Part shown: piece by piece, positions 9,097 to 17,596 of the stretch | How positions within the stretch are numbered: position 1 is the stretch's first letter | How the letters are laid out: each line of letters starts with the position of its first letter | IMG/VR virus record: IMGVR_UViG_3300025888_000014 | Location: 1-56,306 of that record | Direction: 5' to 3' (one strand) | DNA from: a virus | Lineage: Duplodnaviria; Caudoviricetes | DNA: 56,306 bases | Made by a program: the position numbers and the translations under genes | Notes under the pieces: model-generated | Seen by the model: only the letters and a program-made list of their open reading frames with translations | The model's database searches: none | What the model was told of the DNA's origin: nothing

Positions 9097-9182
9097 GGGC
9101 GGCGTAGGGCGCGAAGCCCGGGTCGGGATGCATACGTCCCGAACACCAAGTAAGGTTCGAAACCTTCGCCGTCCGTCAACCA
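9097..9182 (+). ncRNA. tRNA-like cloverleaf element (non-canonical)
   Basis: Acceptor GGGCGGCG/CGCCGTCC, D-like arm GGGC/GCCC, central arm TCGGGATG/CGTCCCGA, T-arm AAGG-TTCGAAA-CCTT, downstream ACCA; exactly fills an intergenic gap. Confidence 0.5.
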
Positions 9183-9190
9183 AAACAATT

Positions 9191-9388
9191 ATGACGAAAC
9201 TCGAAGAACTCAAAGCGGTAGAAACCCAACTCTACAAGGAAATGAAGGCGCTTGAAGATCCGCTAGATGCTAAGCGGAGCGAATGGTCCACTGCGTTCTC
9301 AGCAGTCCAGAAAGCCGAGCGTTTTGCAGAACTCGACCAGCAATATGCCGACGAAAAACTGCTGAAGGAGCAAAATGGAAACGCCTGA
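9191..9388 (+). CDS. Small coiled-coil hypothetical protein
   Basis: MTKLEELKAVETQL...; overlaps the next gene's start. Confidence 0.65.
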   Translation: MTKLEELKAVETQLYKEMKALEDPLDAKRSEWSTAFSAVQKAERFAELDQQYADEKLLKEQNGNA

Positions 9389-10379
9389 CAGCCTGCCTAA
9401 TCCGTTTTCTGCGGCTCGGATTGTGGGCATTGATACCGACCCGAACGCCTATCACAAGCTCCAGGGCGAGCGGGGCAAGCCCGAATTTATCGTCAGCAAC
9501 TCGATGCTGAAGGAGTTTTCCAAGTGCCCGCGCAAGTGGCGCGTTGGCGGCGAACCGGAGCGGGACTCTGACGCCTGTCGGTGGGGCGAACTCCTTGACG
9601 CCCGCGTGCTATCCCCGAAACAATTCGGAAGCCGATTCTCCATCATACCGGCCCAGTACCAGGATGCCAAAACGGGCGAGATGAAGGATTGGACATTCGC
9701 CGCGAATGTCTGCAAGGAGTGGCGAAAAGACCACACCGGGACCATTCACGTCAAAACCGATGAAATGGACGGGGCCGATGATGCCATTGGGCGTCTCCAG
9801 AACGACGAAGGGATCGCCGCGTTGCTCGCCTGCTCTCAAACCCAAGTCCACGTCGCCGCCGAATACCGCGACCGCGCAACCGGATTGACGGTGCCGGTCA
9901 AGGGACTTATAGACTTGGCGCCGTCGAAAGATTCAGAATTCTTCCGCACCCATTTGGCCGATCTGAAAACAGCACGAGACGGCTCGCCGTCAAAATGGAA
10001 GCGAGAAGTGTTCAGTTACGGTTACCACATCCAAGCTGCATTCTATCTCGACATGTTTAACGCCGCCACGGGTGAGGCTCGCGATGGGTTTTACCACGTC
10101 GTCTCAGAGAATATTCCCCCATACGAGCCGGCCCAGTATCTTCTATCTCTGGAATTCATCGAAGTTGGTCGGCGGTTCTATCGGGCCGCGCTCGCATTTT
10201 ATTGCCAGTGCCTAAACCGAGACGAGTGGCCCAGCTACGGTTTTGGACTGAATCAGATTAACGGTTGGACGATTTGCGAACCCGAAGCTTGGATGGTAAT
10301 CACCGAGGGGGTTCAATCGTTTCCTGACGATCCAAAACACGAAACCAATAACGAACAATCTGACGACATCACACCATGA
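9375..10379 (+). CDS. RecE/exonuclease VIII-like PD-(D/E)XK nuclease (DUF3799-like)
   Basis: YH...SNSMLK, KGLIDL...ADLKT, YGYHIQAAFY motifs. Confidence 0.85.
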   Translation: METPDSLPNPFSAARIVGIDTDPNAYHKLQGERGKPEFIVSNSMLKEFSKCPRKWRVGGEPERDSDACRWGELLDARVLSPKQFGSRFSIIPAQYQDAKTGEMKDWTFAANVCKEWRKDHTGTIHVKTDEMDGADDAIGRLQNDEGIAALLACSQTQVHVAAEYRDRATGLTVPVKGLIDLAPSKDSEFFRTHLADLKTARDGSPSKWKREVFSYGYHIQAAFYLDMFNAATGEARDGFYHVVSENIPPYEPAQYLLSLEFIEVGRRFYRAALAFYCQCLNRDEWPSYGFGLNQINGWTICEPEAWMVITEGVQSFPDDPKHETNNEQSDDITP

Positions 10380-10397
10380 GATTTTCTTCCAAGTCAC

Positions 10398-10425
10398 TTG
10401 ACACGCTTTGAATCTGTGTCATATT
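10398..10425 (+). promoter_or_regulatory. sigma70 promoter of HNH cassette 1
   Basis: TTGACA(10398)-N16-CATATT(10420). Confidence 0.55.
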
Positions 10426-10437
10426 AAAAGTGCTAAC

Positions 10438-10545
10438 ATGAATTACGGTCAACAAAATTATCCGCTTGCGAGCGTTTTAGAAACGCACTTCCCGCTTCCG
10501 TGGGTCATGTTAGCAGCGCAAGCGGAATTCTGTTGTTGCTTATGA
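10438..10545 (+). CDS. 35-aa leader peptide spanning a regulatory hairpin, coupled to the HNH gene
   Basis: MNYGQQNYPLASVLETHFPLPWVMLAAQAEFCCCL; its TGA overlaps the HNH ATG (ATGA at 10542). Confidence 0.5.
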   Translation: MNYGQQNYPLASVLETHFPLPWVMLAAQAEFCCCL

Positions 10546-11006
10546 GAACATCTCAAGTTCTAAAAACTCGTGGCCGTCGCGTTTATTATCACGCTGAAGG
10601 CAATCCACATTGGAAGGGCGGAACTTATCGCCATCACGGACGGGTTCAGGTGCTATGCCCTGACCATCCAAACTCAGGACAGAATAATTACGTGCTTCGC
10701 GCTAGATTAGTAATGGAAAAACAATTGGTCCGTTTTCTTAATCAAGACGAAGTGGTTCACCACATCAATCATGTAACCGATGATGATAGGATTCAGAATC
10801 TTCAACTGATGACTATTTTGGAGCATAACACGTATCACGCTCAGCACCAAACAAATGGACGTTGGGCAAGGAATTTTGATTGCTGTGCCCAGTGCGGGAC
10901 TAAAGAAGTTCCGCACGCAGGACGCGGATTATGCAACCGATGTAATGACAAAAGACGTTGGCCCGAGAAGTGGGCGCGTTTGAAAGCGAGACAAAATGCC
11001 ATTTGA
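10542..11006 (+). CDS. HNH homing-type endonuclease (HNH_3-like) with C-terminal zinc finger
   Basis: NPHWKGG, RLVMEK, EVVHHINHVTDDDRIQNLQL, CxxC...GLCxxC. Confidence 0.85.
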   Translation: MRTSQVLKTRGRRVYYHAEGNPHWKGGTYRHHGRVQVLCPDHPNSGQNNYVLRARLVMEKQLVRFLNQDEVVHHINHVTDDDRIQNLQLMTILEHNTYHAQHQTNGRWARNFDCCAQCGTKEVPHAGRGLCNRCNDKRRWPEKWARLKARQNAI

Positions 11007-11985
11007 AATAAAAACAGCTACCAGAACAGGCGTTCGTCCTCTTCTTGGATTTTACGGTAAATCCTCATCGGGCAAGACTATGAGCGCGTTGCTTGTAGGC
11101 CGTGGCATCGTTGGGCCGAAAGGTAGGGTTGTTCTATTGGACACGGAGAGCGGGCGAGGATCGCTCTTTGCCGATTGCATACCAGGCGGTTATTCCGTCA
11201 TGAACCTCGAACCACCGTTCTCCCCAGCCCGCTACCAGGAAGCCATTGAGGTCGCCGAAGCGCAAGCGGATATTGTGATAGTGGATAGTCTAACTCATTG
11301 TCATAATGGCGACGGTGGCATTTTGGATATGCAGGAGGCCGAACTTGACCGCATGGCTGGAAGCGATTGGAAAAAGCGTGAGGCGTGCAAAATGGCGGCA
11401 TGGATCAAGCCAAAGTTAGAGCACAAGAAGTTCATCGGGCGATTGCTTCGGTTGAAATGCGGACTGATTTGTTGTCTGCGGGGCGAGGAAAAAGTTCACA
11501 TGGTAAAGGACGAGGGTAAAACTAAGATCGTTACCGACCAGTTTTCCAGCCCGATTTTCGATAAAAATTTCATCTTTGAGTTGCTCATCAACTTTGAGAC
11601 GATTTCAGTAAACGGGGAGGGTGGATTTGTGATTCCCAGGAAGATTACCCATCCGTCAATTAAGCCATTGTTGCCCAAGGAAGGAGAGCAGATCGGAATT
11701 GCGTTCGGTGAGGCCCTGGCCCGATGGTGCGCTGCCCCTGGCGCCACGCTGCCCGCCAGCGCACCGCAAGCGCCGGAGGGTGCCAAGACGCCACCCGACC
11801 CGCTCAAGGCCGCCAAATCTAAACTGTGGTCGCTTTACAAGCCGTTCTGCAAGTCCGTAGCAGAGGCTGAAACCCAGTTGCGGACATGGAACATCATCAC
11901 GGCGGAACAAACGCTCGCTGGATTGACCCTGCCGCAAATCGAGGAAGCCATCGAGAAAACCGAACTTCAGCTAAAGGGCGAATGA
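10996..11985 (+). CDS. Sak4-like AAA ATPase (single-strand annealing/recombination)
   Basis: Walker A GKSSSGKT, LDTESG, Walker B IVDSLTH; next to the RecE-like nuclease. Confidence 0.8.
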   Translation: MPFEIKTATRTGVRPLLGFYGKSSSGKTMSALLVGRGIVGPKGRVVLLDTESGRGSLFADCIPGGYSVMNLEPPFSPARYQEAIEVAEAQADIVIVDSLTHCHNGDGGILDMQEAELDRMAGSDWKKREACKMAAWIKPKLEHKKFIGRLLRLKCGLICCLRGEEKVHMVKDEGKTKIVTDQFSSPIFDKNFIFELLINFETISVNGEGGFVIPRKITHPSIKPLLPKEGEQIGIAFGEALARWCAAPGATLPASAPQAPEGAKTPPDPLKAAKSKLWSLYKPFCKSVAEAETQLRTWNIITAEQTLAGLTLPQIEEAIEKTELQLKGE

Positions 11986-12170
11986 CGGGTTATCTTTTAA
12001 TGGGAATCGTGCTTTGGCCTGCGCTGAGAGACGCGGGCGCAACATCAAAACCTAATTGCTATTGGAACAAGGACTTCGGTTGACTATAGGAACGCGGCTT
12101 GAACCGCAAGGGACTCTCGCCCTAAAACTCTGCCGGTGTCGATTCACCGGCAGACTTGTAAGGCGACAAA

Positions 12171-12362
12171 ATGAAAACTAAACCTGATATTAAAAAGTTA
12201 GCCGTCGAAATCTACAAGGTGGCGCTTCGCGGAGCCGGGGAGTCTGTGAAGGATCGAATCCCATGGGATGACCTTGACGGACACGATAAGAATGCTCTGA
12301 TTGCGATAGCGCGGTGGCATTTGCGCGAAGTCAAAAAAGCGGTGGATGCCGTGGTATGGTAA
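12171..12362 (+). CDS. Hypothetical protein
   Basis: 63-aa ORF in operon orientation. Confidence 0.6.
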   Translation: MKTKPDIKKLAVEIYKVALRGAGESVKDRIPWDDLDGHDKNALIAIARWHLREVKKAVDAVVW

Positions 12363-12375
12363 AAAGGACAAACCC

Positions 12376-12594
12376 ATGAACCTCGCGCGTGAACGAATGC
12401 TTGCCCGCGTGCGGAAGCAGGCACAAAGGGCTTTCCCGGTGCTTGGACAGTGTGAAGATTGCCCTTGGTTCAGGGCAATCCATAGACATCACGACGATTA
12501 TGAAAAGCCGTCAGAAATCAGAATGTTGTGCCAAATGTGCCACACGGATTGGCACGTCAAACGGAGATCGTGGGGAAGGATGAAATGCTTATGA
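12376..12594 (+). CDS. Small HNH-like zinc protein
   Basis: CEDC...HRHHDDYEKP...LCQMCH..WH; start uncertain. Confidence 0.6.
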   Translation: MNLARERMLARVRKQAQRAFPVLGQCEDCPWFRAIHRHHDDYEKPSEIRMLCQMCHTDWHVKRRSWGRMKCL

Positions 12595-12716
12595 AAACCA
12601 CAGATCGTTGCTCTAAAACTCCAAACCATCGCCATTCATGGTGCGGTTGGTATCGCCACAATCGACTGGTGGGCAACAAACATTGCCTGTTCTGCGGGAA
12701 GGTGAAAAGAAAATGA
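12591..12716 (+). CDS. Small Cys/His protein
   Basis: ATGA overlaps at both ends; CLFC motif. Confidence 0.5.
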   Translation: MKTTDRCSKTPNHRHSWCGWYRHNRLVGNKHCLFCGKVKRK

Positions 12717-12883
12717 ATGCCCGGATCCAAATCGACTATGACAAGAAATGCGCGAAATGCGGCCGCGCCGGTGCCTGCCCAAACGGCTGGTGCCTGGGCT
12801 GTAACTCGAAAAAGGTGGACGCGCTTTTGGCACAAAAACTGCCAAAAAACCCTTTGACAGCGCCTGCGGGTGTGCTAGATTAA
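12713..12883 (+). CDS. Small zinc-finger protein
   Basis: CAKC...CLGC. Confidence 0.55.
   Translation: MNARIQIDYDKKCAKCGRAGACPNGWCLGCNSKKVDALLAQKLPKNPLTAPAGVLD
12854..12881 (+). promoter_or_regulatory. sigma70 promoter of HNH cassette 2 / replication genes
   Basis: TTGACA(12854)-N16-TAGATT(12876) with extended TGn. Confidence 0.6.
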
Positions 12884-12927
12884 CGCTAACGAGACGGATG
12901 TTTCGCCGCGACTGACCCTCGCCATAG

Positions 12928-13044
12928 ATGATGAGCATTATTACACAATCTTCGGTTTGGCGCTCCCGTGGGGGATTCTCCGGCTCCTGCTGGAAATGCT
13001 CGCTCGGGTCAAAGCGGGAGCGCCAAACCGCGCATCATTTATGA
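12928..13044 (+). CDS. 38-aa leader peptide spanning a regulatory hairpin, coupled to the HNH gene
   Basis: MMSIITQSSVWRSRGG...AHHL; TGA overlaps ATG at 13041. Confidence 0.5.
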   Translation: MMSIITQSSVWRSRGGFSGSCWKCSLGSKRERQTAHHL

Positions 13045-13373
13045 CGTACTCCGACCGACTAAAAGATCCGAGATGGCAGCGCAAAAGGCTGCAAATTTTC
13101 GACCGCGATAATTGGAGGTGCCTAGAATGCACCGCAGAATCGAAGCAACTCCAGGTTCATCACATCGTTTATCTGAATCGCGATCCATGGGATTACCCCG
13201 ATTATCTCTTCCAAACTTTTTGCGAACCTTGCCACAAGGAACGCCAAGAACTCACCGATAAAATCGTAAACGCCGTGAAAATGGCCATTGCGCCAGTTCC
13301 AACAATCAGACTCATTCCAACCGCGCTCGAAATATGCTCGCAAGCCATGCTCAAAATCGAGGTGGGAATATGA
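13041..13373 (+). CDS. HNH endonuclease-like protein
   Basis: YSDRLKDPRWQRKR..RD..RCLEC..LQVHH..CEPCH. Confidence 0.85.
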   Translation: MTYSDRLKDPRWQRKRLQIFDRDNWRCLECTAESKQLQVHHIVYLNRDPWDYPDYLFQTFCEPCHKERQELTDKIVNAVKMAIAPVPTIRLIPTALEICSQAMLKIEVGI

Positions 13374-14095
13374 AATGGCTCAACCTGGAACTGGCCAAGC
13401 TCCGGTCACCGGAATACATCGGCAGCGATCCGGTCCACCGGGCAACGTGGTTGAGTCTGACGGCTTATTGTGCAGAACAGGAAAATGGCGGTATCATTCG
13501 AGATTGCGCCGGGTGGAAGAGCCGAATGTGGGAACAGTCCGCCGGCGTCACAAAAGAGGAAGTGTCCGACGATTCCATGCTCTGGAAATGGGATGGAAGT
13601 TCAGTCAAAGTATGGGCCTATCCCGCCGAAAAGGAAGCTGAGGTTCAAGCTAAGCGTGAAGGTGGATATGTGGGCGGAAAAGCCTCTGGAAAAGCACGAA
13701 AAGAAGCTTCCCGCAAAGCATCCATCGAACCTCAGCTTAAAGCTGAGCTTAAAGCTGAGCTTGAACGGAATGGAATGGAAGGGAAGGGAAGTGGAAAGGA
13801 AGTGGAAGGGAATATCCCCTTGGATTCTTCTGAAATGATTCCAGAAAAACCAGATTGGGCGCCAACGTGGAATCAATGTCGGTTTTGGCTGGCTGATGTT
13901 CAAAAGAACGGTGCGAATTATACTGAACCCGAAACCAATACCGCATTCCTGGCGCTCAACGCTAACGGTTGGATGTGGGGGAAAAATCCAGTGGTTGACT
14001 GGCGTTCTGCAATCGAAAGTCGAATTCAAACCGACAGGAATCATAAACCAACAGGATCAAAACCAGAGCGCAAGGGGATGCTCTTCATGCCATGA
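13370..14095 (+). CDS. Putative replication initiator (lambda O-like architecture)
   Basis: Helical N-domain, central low-complexity linker with DNA repeats, C-terminal DWRSAI motif; directly upstream of the primase-helicase. Confidence 0.6.
   Translation: MKWLNLELAKLRSPEYIGSDPVHRATWLSLTAYCAEQENGGIIRDCAGWKSRMWEQSAGVTKEEVSDDSMLWKWDGSSVKVWAYPAEKEAEVQAKREGGYVGGKASGKARKEASRKASIEPQLKAELKAELERNGMEGKGSGKEVEGNIPLDSSEMIPEKPDWAPTWNQCRFWLADVQKNGANYTEPETNTAFLALNANGWMWGKNPVVDWRSAIESRIQTDRNHKPTGSKPERKGMLFMP
13675..13811 (+). repeat. 12-bp periodic iteron-like array plus GGAA purine tract (candidate origin)
   Basis: Eight 12-mers in phase (e.g. GCTTAAAGCTGA x2), inverted repeat CTCAGCTT-A-AAGCTGAG, then GGAAT/GGAAG repeats. 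Confidence 0.55.
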
Positions 14096-15756
14096 CGTTA
14101 ACCGATTTTATTTCACGGTTCGAGAAGAAGACCAAGACGATTAATGGTTTTATTGTTCGATGTCCGGCGCACGAAGACGGGACTGCCTCCCTTTCCGTGG
14201 CCGAAGGAAAGGACTGCGCCATCATCCTGAAATGCTTCGCGGGCTGCAAAACCGAAAGCGTTCTGGCGTCTCTGGGACTCACGTTCAAGGACTTGTTCAA
14301 AGACGCGCCAGCAAAACTATTCAACGTGCCCGCGCCCAGGAAGCCGGTTAAACCTGAATCCACTGAAAAACCCGTCATTGAGAAAATCTACAGCTACCAG
14401 GACAAGTTCGGGACCGAGCATTATCAGGCGATCCGATTAAAACCGAAGTCGTTTCGTCAACGGCACAAGGTTGGGACCGAGTGGGTTTGGAATATGGACG
14501 GCGTAGAGCGGGCGCTTTACCACTTGCCGGAAGTGCTCTCGGCCAAGGAGGTGTTCATCGTTGAGGGCGAAAAAGACGCCGACAACCTGACCTCCCTGGG
14601 ATTGGTTGCTACCTGTAACGTGGGAGGCGCTGGCAAGTGGATGGACGGCTACACCGAGGCCCTAGCCGGCAAGGACGTGGTGCTCTGTGGGGACAATGAC
14701 GAGCCGGGCCGGAAGCACATGGGACTCGTGTTTGACTCGATTGCCGGGACTGCGAAGACGGTAAAAATAATCAAGGTGCCTGAAATCTTGAAAGATGTTA
14801 GCGACTACATAGCGACATTCAAAACGCCAGAAGAGGCCAAACACGCAATTCAAAACATCGTAGATAATTCGTATCCGCACGTCAGAGGAACAAAGTTGCC
14901 AATTTACGCAATACACGAACTCGAAGATCCTTACCGACGTTTGGTGCGGAGCTTTGACAAGGGATCGTTTTCGCTTGGAAAGTGGATTCCATCACTTGGA
15001 AAGATTCGCGCTCTGATTCCGGGGGAGCTTATGGTTGTGCAAGGGGACACCGGAACGGGAAAAACTGGAATTCTGCAAAGCATCGCCCGAGCCGCCCTTC
15101 CTCTTCCAACACTTATGTTCGAGTTGGAACTGCCGAAAGAAATGATGTTTGAACGGTTTATAAGCATGACTCACAACATGACGGGCCAGGCTGTAGAAGA
15201 CATTTACCGATCAGAATATGGTGAAAAAGAATCAAATGCGGCGGAGATTAAAATCCTGTTGAATGGTTTATTCATTTGTCCAGAGGCTCGGCTTACGATT
15301 GAGCAGATTGAGAACTACGTTGTACGGGCGGAACTGAAAATGGGCGAACGCCCAAAGGTCGTGTTGGTTGACTACATCCAATTAATCGGAGGGTCCGGCG
15401 AGAATCGGCGCGACAGGTTTTCAAATATCTCTGAAGGATTAAAGGTCATGGCGAATAAAACCCAGACCATTGTAATATTGGCCAGCCAAATAGCCCGACA
15501 GAAAGAAGAGGAAGAACCGGGACTCCATAGCGCGAAAGAATCTGGCAGCATCGAAAATAGTTGTGGAATCCTGTTGAGTGTTTGGCGGGACTCAAAAGAC
15601 CCTACACTTTTAAGTATCCGTGTTTTGAAAGCAACCAAAGGCGGGGCAGGTTTGCTCGTAGAATGCAACTTTGATGGAGCAAAAATGAAAATAACTGAAC
15701 GGGGCAAAATAGATCGAAGCGATTGTCCTTCTAACGCCCAAACCAACGATCCCTGA
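14092..15756 (+). CDS. Primase-helicase (zinc-binding + TOPRIM + DnaB-like SF4 helicase)
   Basis: CPAHED..CFAGC; VEGEKDAD, DNDEPG; Walker A GDTGTGKT, VDYIQL, ASQIAR, SGSIE. Confidence 0.92.
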   Translation: MTLTDFISRFEKKTKTINGFIVRCPAHEDGTASLSVAEGKDCAIILKCFAGCKTESVLASLGLTFKDLFKDAPAKLFNVPAPRKPVKPESTEKPVIEKIYSYQDKFGTEHYQAIRLKPKSFRQRHKVGTEWVWNMDGVERALYHLPEVLSAKEVFIVEGEKDADNLTSLGLVATCNVGGAGKWMDGYTEALAGKDVVLCGDNDEPGRKHMGLVFDSIAGTAKTVKIIKVPEILKDVSDYIATFKTPEEAKHAIQNIVDNSYPHVRGTKLPIYAIHELEDPYRRLVRSFDKGSFSLGKWIPSLGKIRALIPGELMVVQGDTGTGKTGILQSIARAALPLPTLMFELELPKEMMFERFISMTHNMTGQAVEDIYRSEYGEKESNAAEIKILLNGLFICPEARLTIEQIENYVVRAELKMGERPKVVLVDYIQLIGGSGENRRDRFSNISEGLKVMANKTQTIVILASQIARQKEEEEPGLHSAKESGSIENSCGILLSVWRDSKDPTLLSIRVLKATKGGAGLLVECNFDGAKMKITERGKIDRSDCPSNAQTNDP

Positions 15757-15771
15757 AAACCGGAGTTTAAC

Positions 15772-15969
15772 ATGAAAACAAAATTCTCATACGCTGATAC
15801 CGTTGCAGCATTCATCGGACACGGACTAACCATGCCCGCGACGTCTAAATCGACCGTCGAACAGATCGCTGGAAGAATTCGACACCGCGAATACCGCGCG
15901 CGCCGGGATAAAAAACGTCGGATGAAAGAGGCGGCGCTGACTCCCACCCCTGAAACCAAAACTTTATGA
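15772..15969 (+). CDS. Basic hypothetical protein
   Basis: GGAG RBS; ATGA overlap downstream. Confidence 0.6.
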   Translation: MKTKFSYADTVAAFIGHGLTMPATSKSTVEQIAGRIRHREYRARRDKKRRMKEAALTPTPETKTL

Positions 15970-16274
15970 GCACTGAAAAACGAGAATGCCCGCCCTTTCA
16001 CAGACCGCCTACTGCCGCCGCTCAGATTGAAGAGTGGGATGAGGAAAAGGCAGCAAAGAAGACGACGCCACCACCGACCGATGATCCGACTCCACTTCCC
16101 AGCGACCTGGTTGCCGCCGGGGATGCGCTTCTCCACGCATTGCGGTCAACCCAAGAGCAAAGCGGATGCGAGTGCGGTGACTTCGGGCCATGCAGGCGAT
16201 GCACCGCGGCCAGCATCGAAGCCGCCGACGCCAGCCAGGCGTGGGCAGAGGCGAAGAAGGAAGCCAGCGTATGA
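15966..16274 (+). CDS. Hypothetical protein
   Basis: Overlap chain; CEC..CRRC. Confidence 0.6.
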   Translation: MSTEKRECPPFHRPPTAAAQIEEWDEEKAAKKTTPPPTDDPTPLPSDLVAAGDALLHALRSTQEQSGCECGDFGPCRRCTAASIEAADASQAWAEAKKEASV

Positions 16275-16480
16275 ATCCAATCGTACTATTACCCTGCGAC
16301 ATCTGCGGCCGAAAACCAGCAACGCGGAAAGCTGAAATTATGGATAATCGATCTGGGTACATTCACCGAGGGATGTTGTGTCGAGGTTGCGACGATGGAG
16401 TTAGAACGTGCACTTGCGGCCAAGCGTTTATTGGAGCGGGATCTACGAAATGCCGAACATGCGAGGACAAAAAATCATGA
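16271..16480 (+). CDS. Zinc-finger protein
   Basis: Four Cys pairs; ATGA overlaps. Confidence 0.6.
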   Translation: MNPIVLLPCDICGRKPATRKAEIMDNRSGYIHRGMLCRGCDDGVRTCTCGQAFIGAGSTKCRTCEDKKS

Positions 16481-16881
16481 AGCCAACCGTGCTACCTGAG
16501 AGTTTTCTGCGGCGGATGTCGCCAGAGGATCGCAAGCCAATGGGGGTTTCTGGGATGACCATTCCTGAGATCGACGAAGCAAACGCGATCAAGCTGGAGA
16601 AAGTTTTGCACGGCCAGATCAGTCAGGACTTGCTGCGCCGTGGGATCGAATACGGACACGCGGACATGCGACACAAGTCGAGATTTACGAAAGGTTGGCC
16701 GGATTTCACATTCACTTTTGACCACGAAACCTGGCACGTCGAATGCAAAGTCCCGGGCCGTGGGTTAGATGACGATCAAATCCGAGTGCGGGACAACATC
16801 CTGGCCAATGGTGGGTTGTGGCTCACGGCCTATCAGTTCGCCGATTACGCGACGATATTTCATAATGGAAGGACTGTATGA
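16477..16881 (+). CDS. VRR-NUC/resolvase-like nuclease
   Basis: GWPDF...VECK...DDQ. Confidence 0.75.
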   Translation: MKPTVLPESFLRRMSPEDRKPMGVSGMTIPEIDEANAIKLEKVLHGQISQDLLRRGIEYGHADMRHKSRFTKGWPDFTFTFDHETWHVECKVPGRGLDDDQIRVRDNILANGGLWLTAYQFADYATIFHNGRTV

Positions 16882-17027
16882 CGTTCAAAATGCGACAACC
16901 ACACAAGCCGAGAGTCTGGGCACAATTTACGTTGGCAGACGACCAGTGGAAAGCGAGTTTAGAATTTTGGTATCGGTGGAAAGGCAACGATTACTGGACA
17001 CTGATCTTCCTATCACCATGGAGATAA
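16878..17027 (+). CDS. 49-aa Trp-rich hypothetical protein
   Basis: ATGA overlap; fills the gap; not in the ORF track. Confidence 0.4.
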   Translation: MTFKMRQPHKPRVWAQFTLADDQWKASLEFWYRWKGNDYWTLIFLSPWR

Positions 17028-17028
17028 A

Positions 17029-17220
17029 ATGAAAACACACCCAATGCTAGCACGGATTAGCCGCACCTTTATGATATTCTTGGCCATCATCATCGTCAAC
17101 CTAATCCTAATCGCTGTCGTGGAATTATCATTTCGATATACCCCCGTGATAGGGATTGTGTTCTGGTTATGCCTCATTTTGGGATTGTCCTGGTGGTATA
17201 CCGATGGGAGGTTCAAATGA
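17029..17220 (+). CDS. Two-TM membrane protein
   Basis: Two hydrophobic helices; GGAG RBS. Confidence 0.65.
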   Translation: MKTHPMLARISRTFMIFLAIIIVNLILIAVVELSFRYTPVIGIVFWLCLILGLSWWYTDGRFK

Positions 17221-17408
17221 CCAAAGCACGCCGAAACCGAATCGAGCGTCAGGTGCTAGGAGAAATCCGGGCGCACGGCGGAATGTCGGATTGGTGGATA
17301 ACGGATAATCAGGAGCGGGCTGTTGTCATCACCCAGATGATTCGCCGAGGACAAATCAAACTGACTACAAAATGTTACCCGTGGAGCGACGCGAAAATTC
17401 TTAAATGA
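17217..17408 (+). CDS. Hypothetical protein
   Basis: GGAGG RBS, ATGA overlaps. Confidence 0.6.
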   Translation: MTKARRNRIERQVLGEIRAHGGMSDWWITDNQERAVVITQMIRRGQIKLTTKCYPWSDAKILK

Positions 17409-17593
17409 AAAAAGAAATGAACCCAACCGCCTCCGAACTGCGCGAGAAATACTCCGACGCATACGCCTGGGTTGACGCCCAGCCCGGCATGTCATGGGAC
17501 TTTGTGACGGTGCCAATCGAATCAATCGCAACCCTGTTGCAACCGACGAAACTAGCGAAGAACGATCCTAGCAACCTCCCCTGGCACTCATAA
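17405..17593 (+). CDS. Hypothetical protein
   Basis: Overlap chain. Confidence 0.55.
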   Translation: MKKEMNPTASELREKYSDAYAWVDAQPGMSWDFVTVPIESIATLLQPTKLAKNDPSNLPWHS

Positions 17594-17596
17594 CCT

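Noticed and set aside
9097-9182. Functional tRNA-Met/Ile2 gene
   Set aside because: The anticodon arm lacks 5-bp/7-nt geometry, the D-loop has no GG and the T-stem is 4 bp; kept only as tRNA-like.
10380-11006. Group I intron carrying the HNH gene
   Set aside because: The flanking genes are complete and separate; no intron core was recognised.
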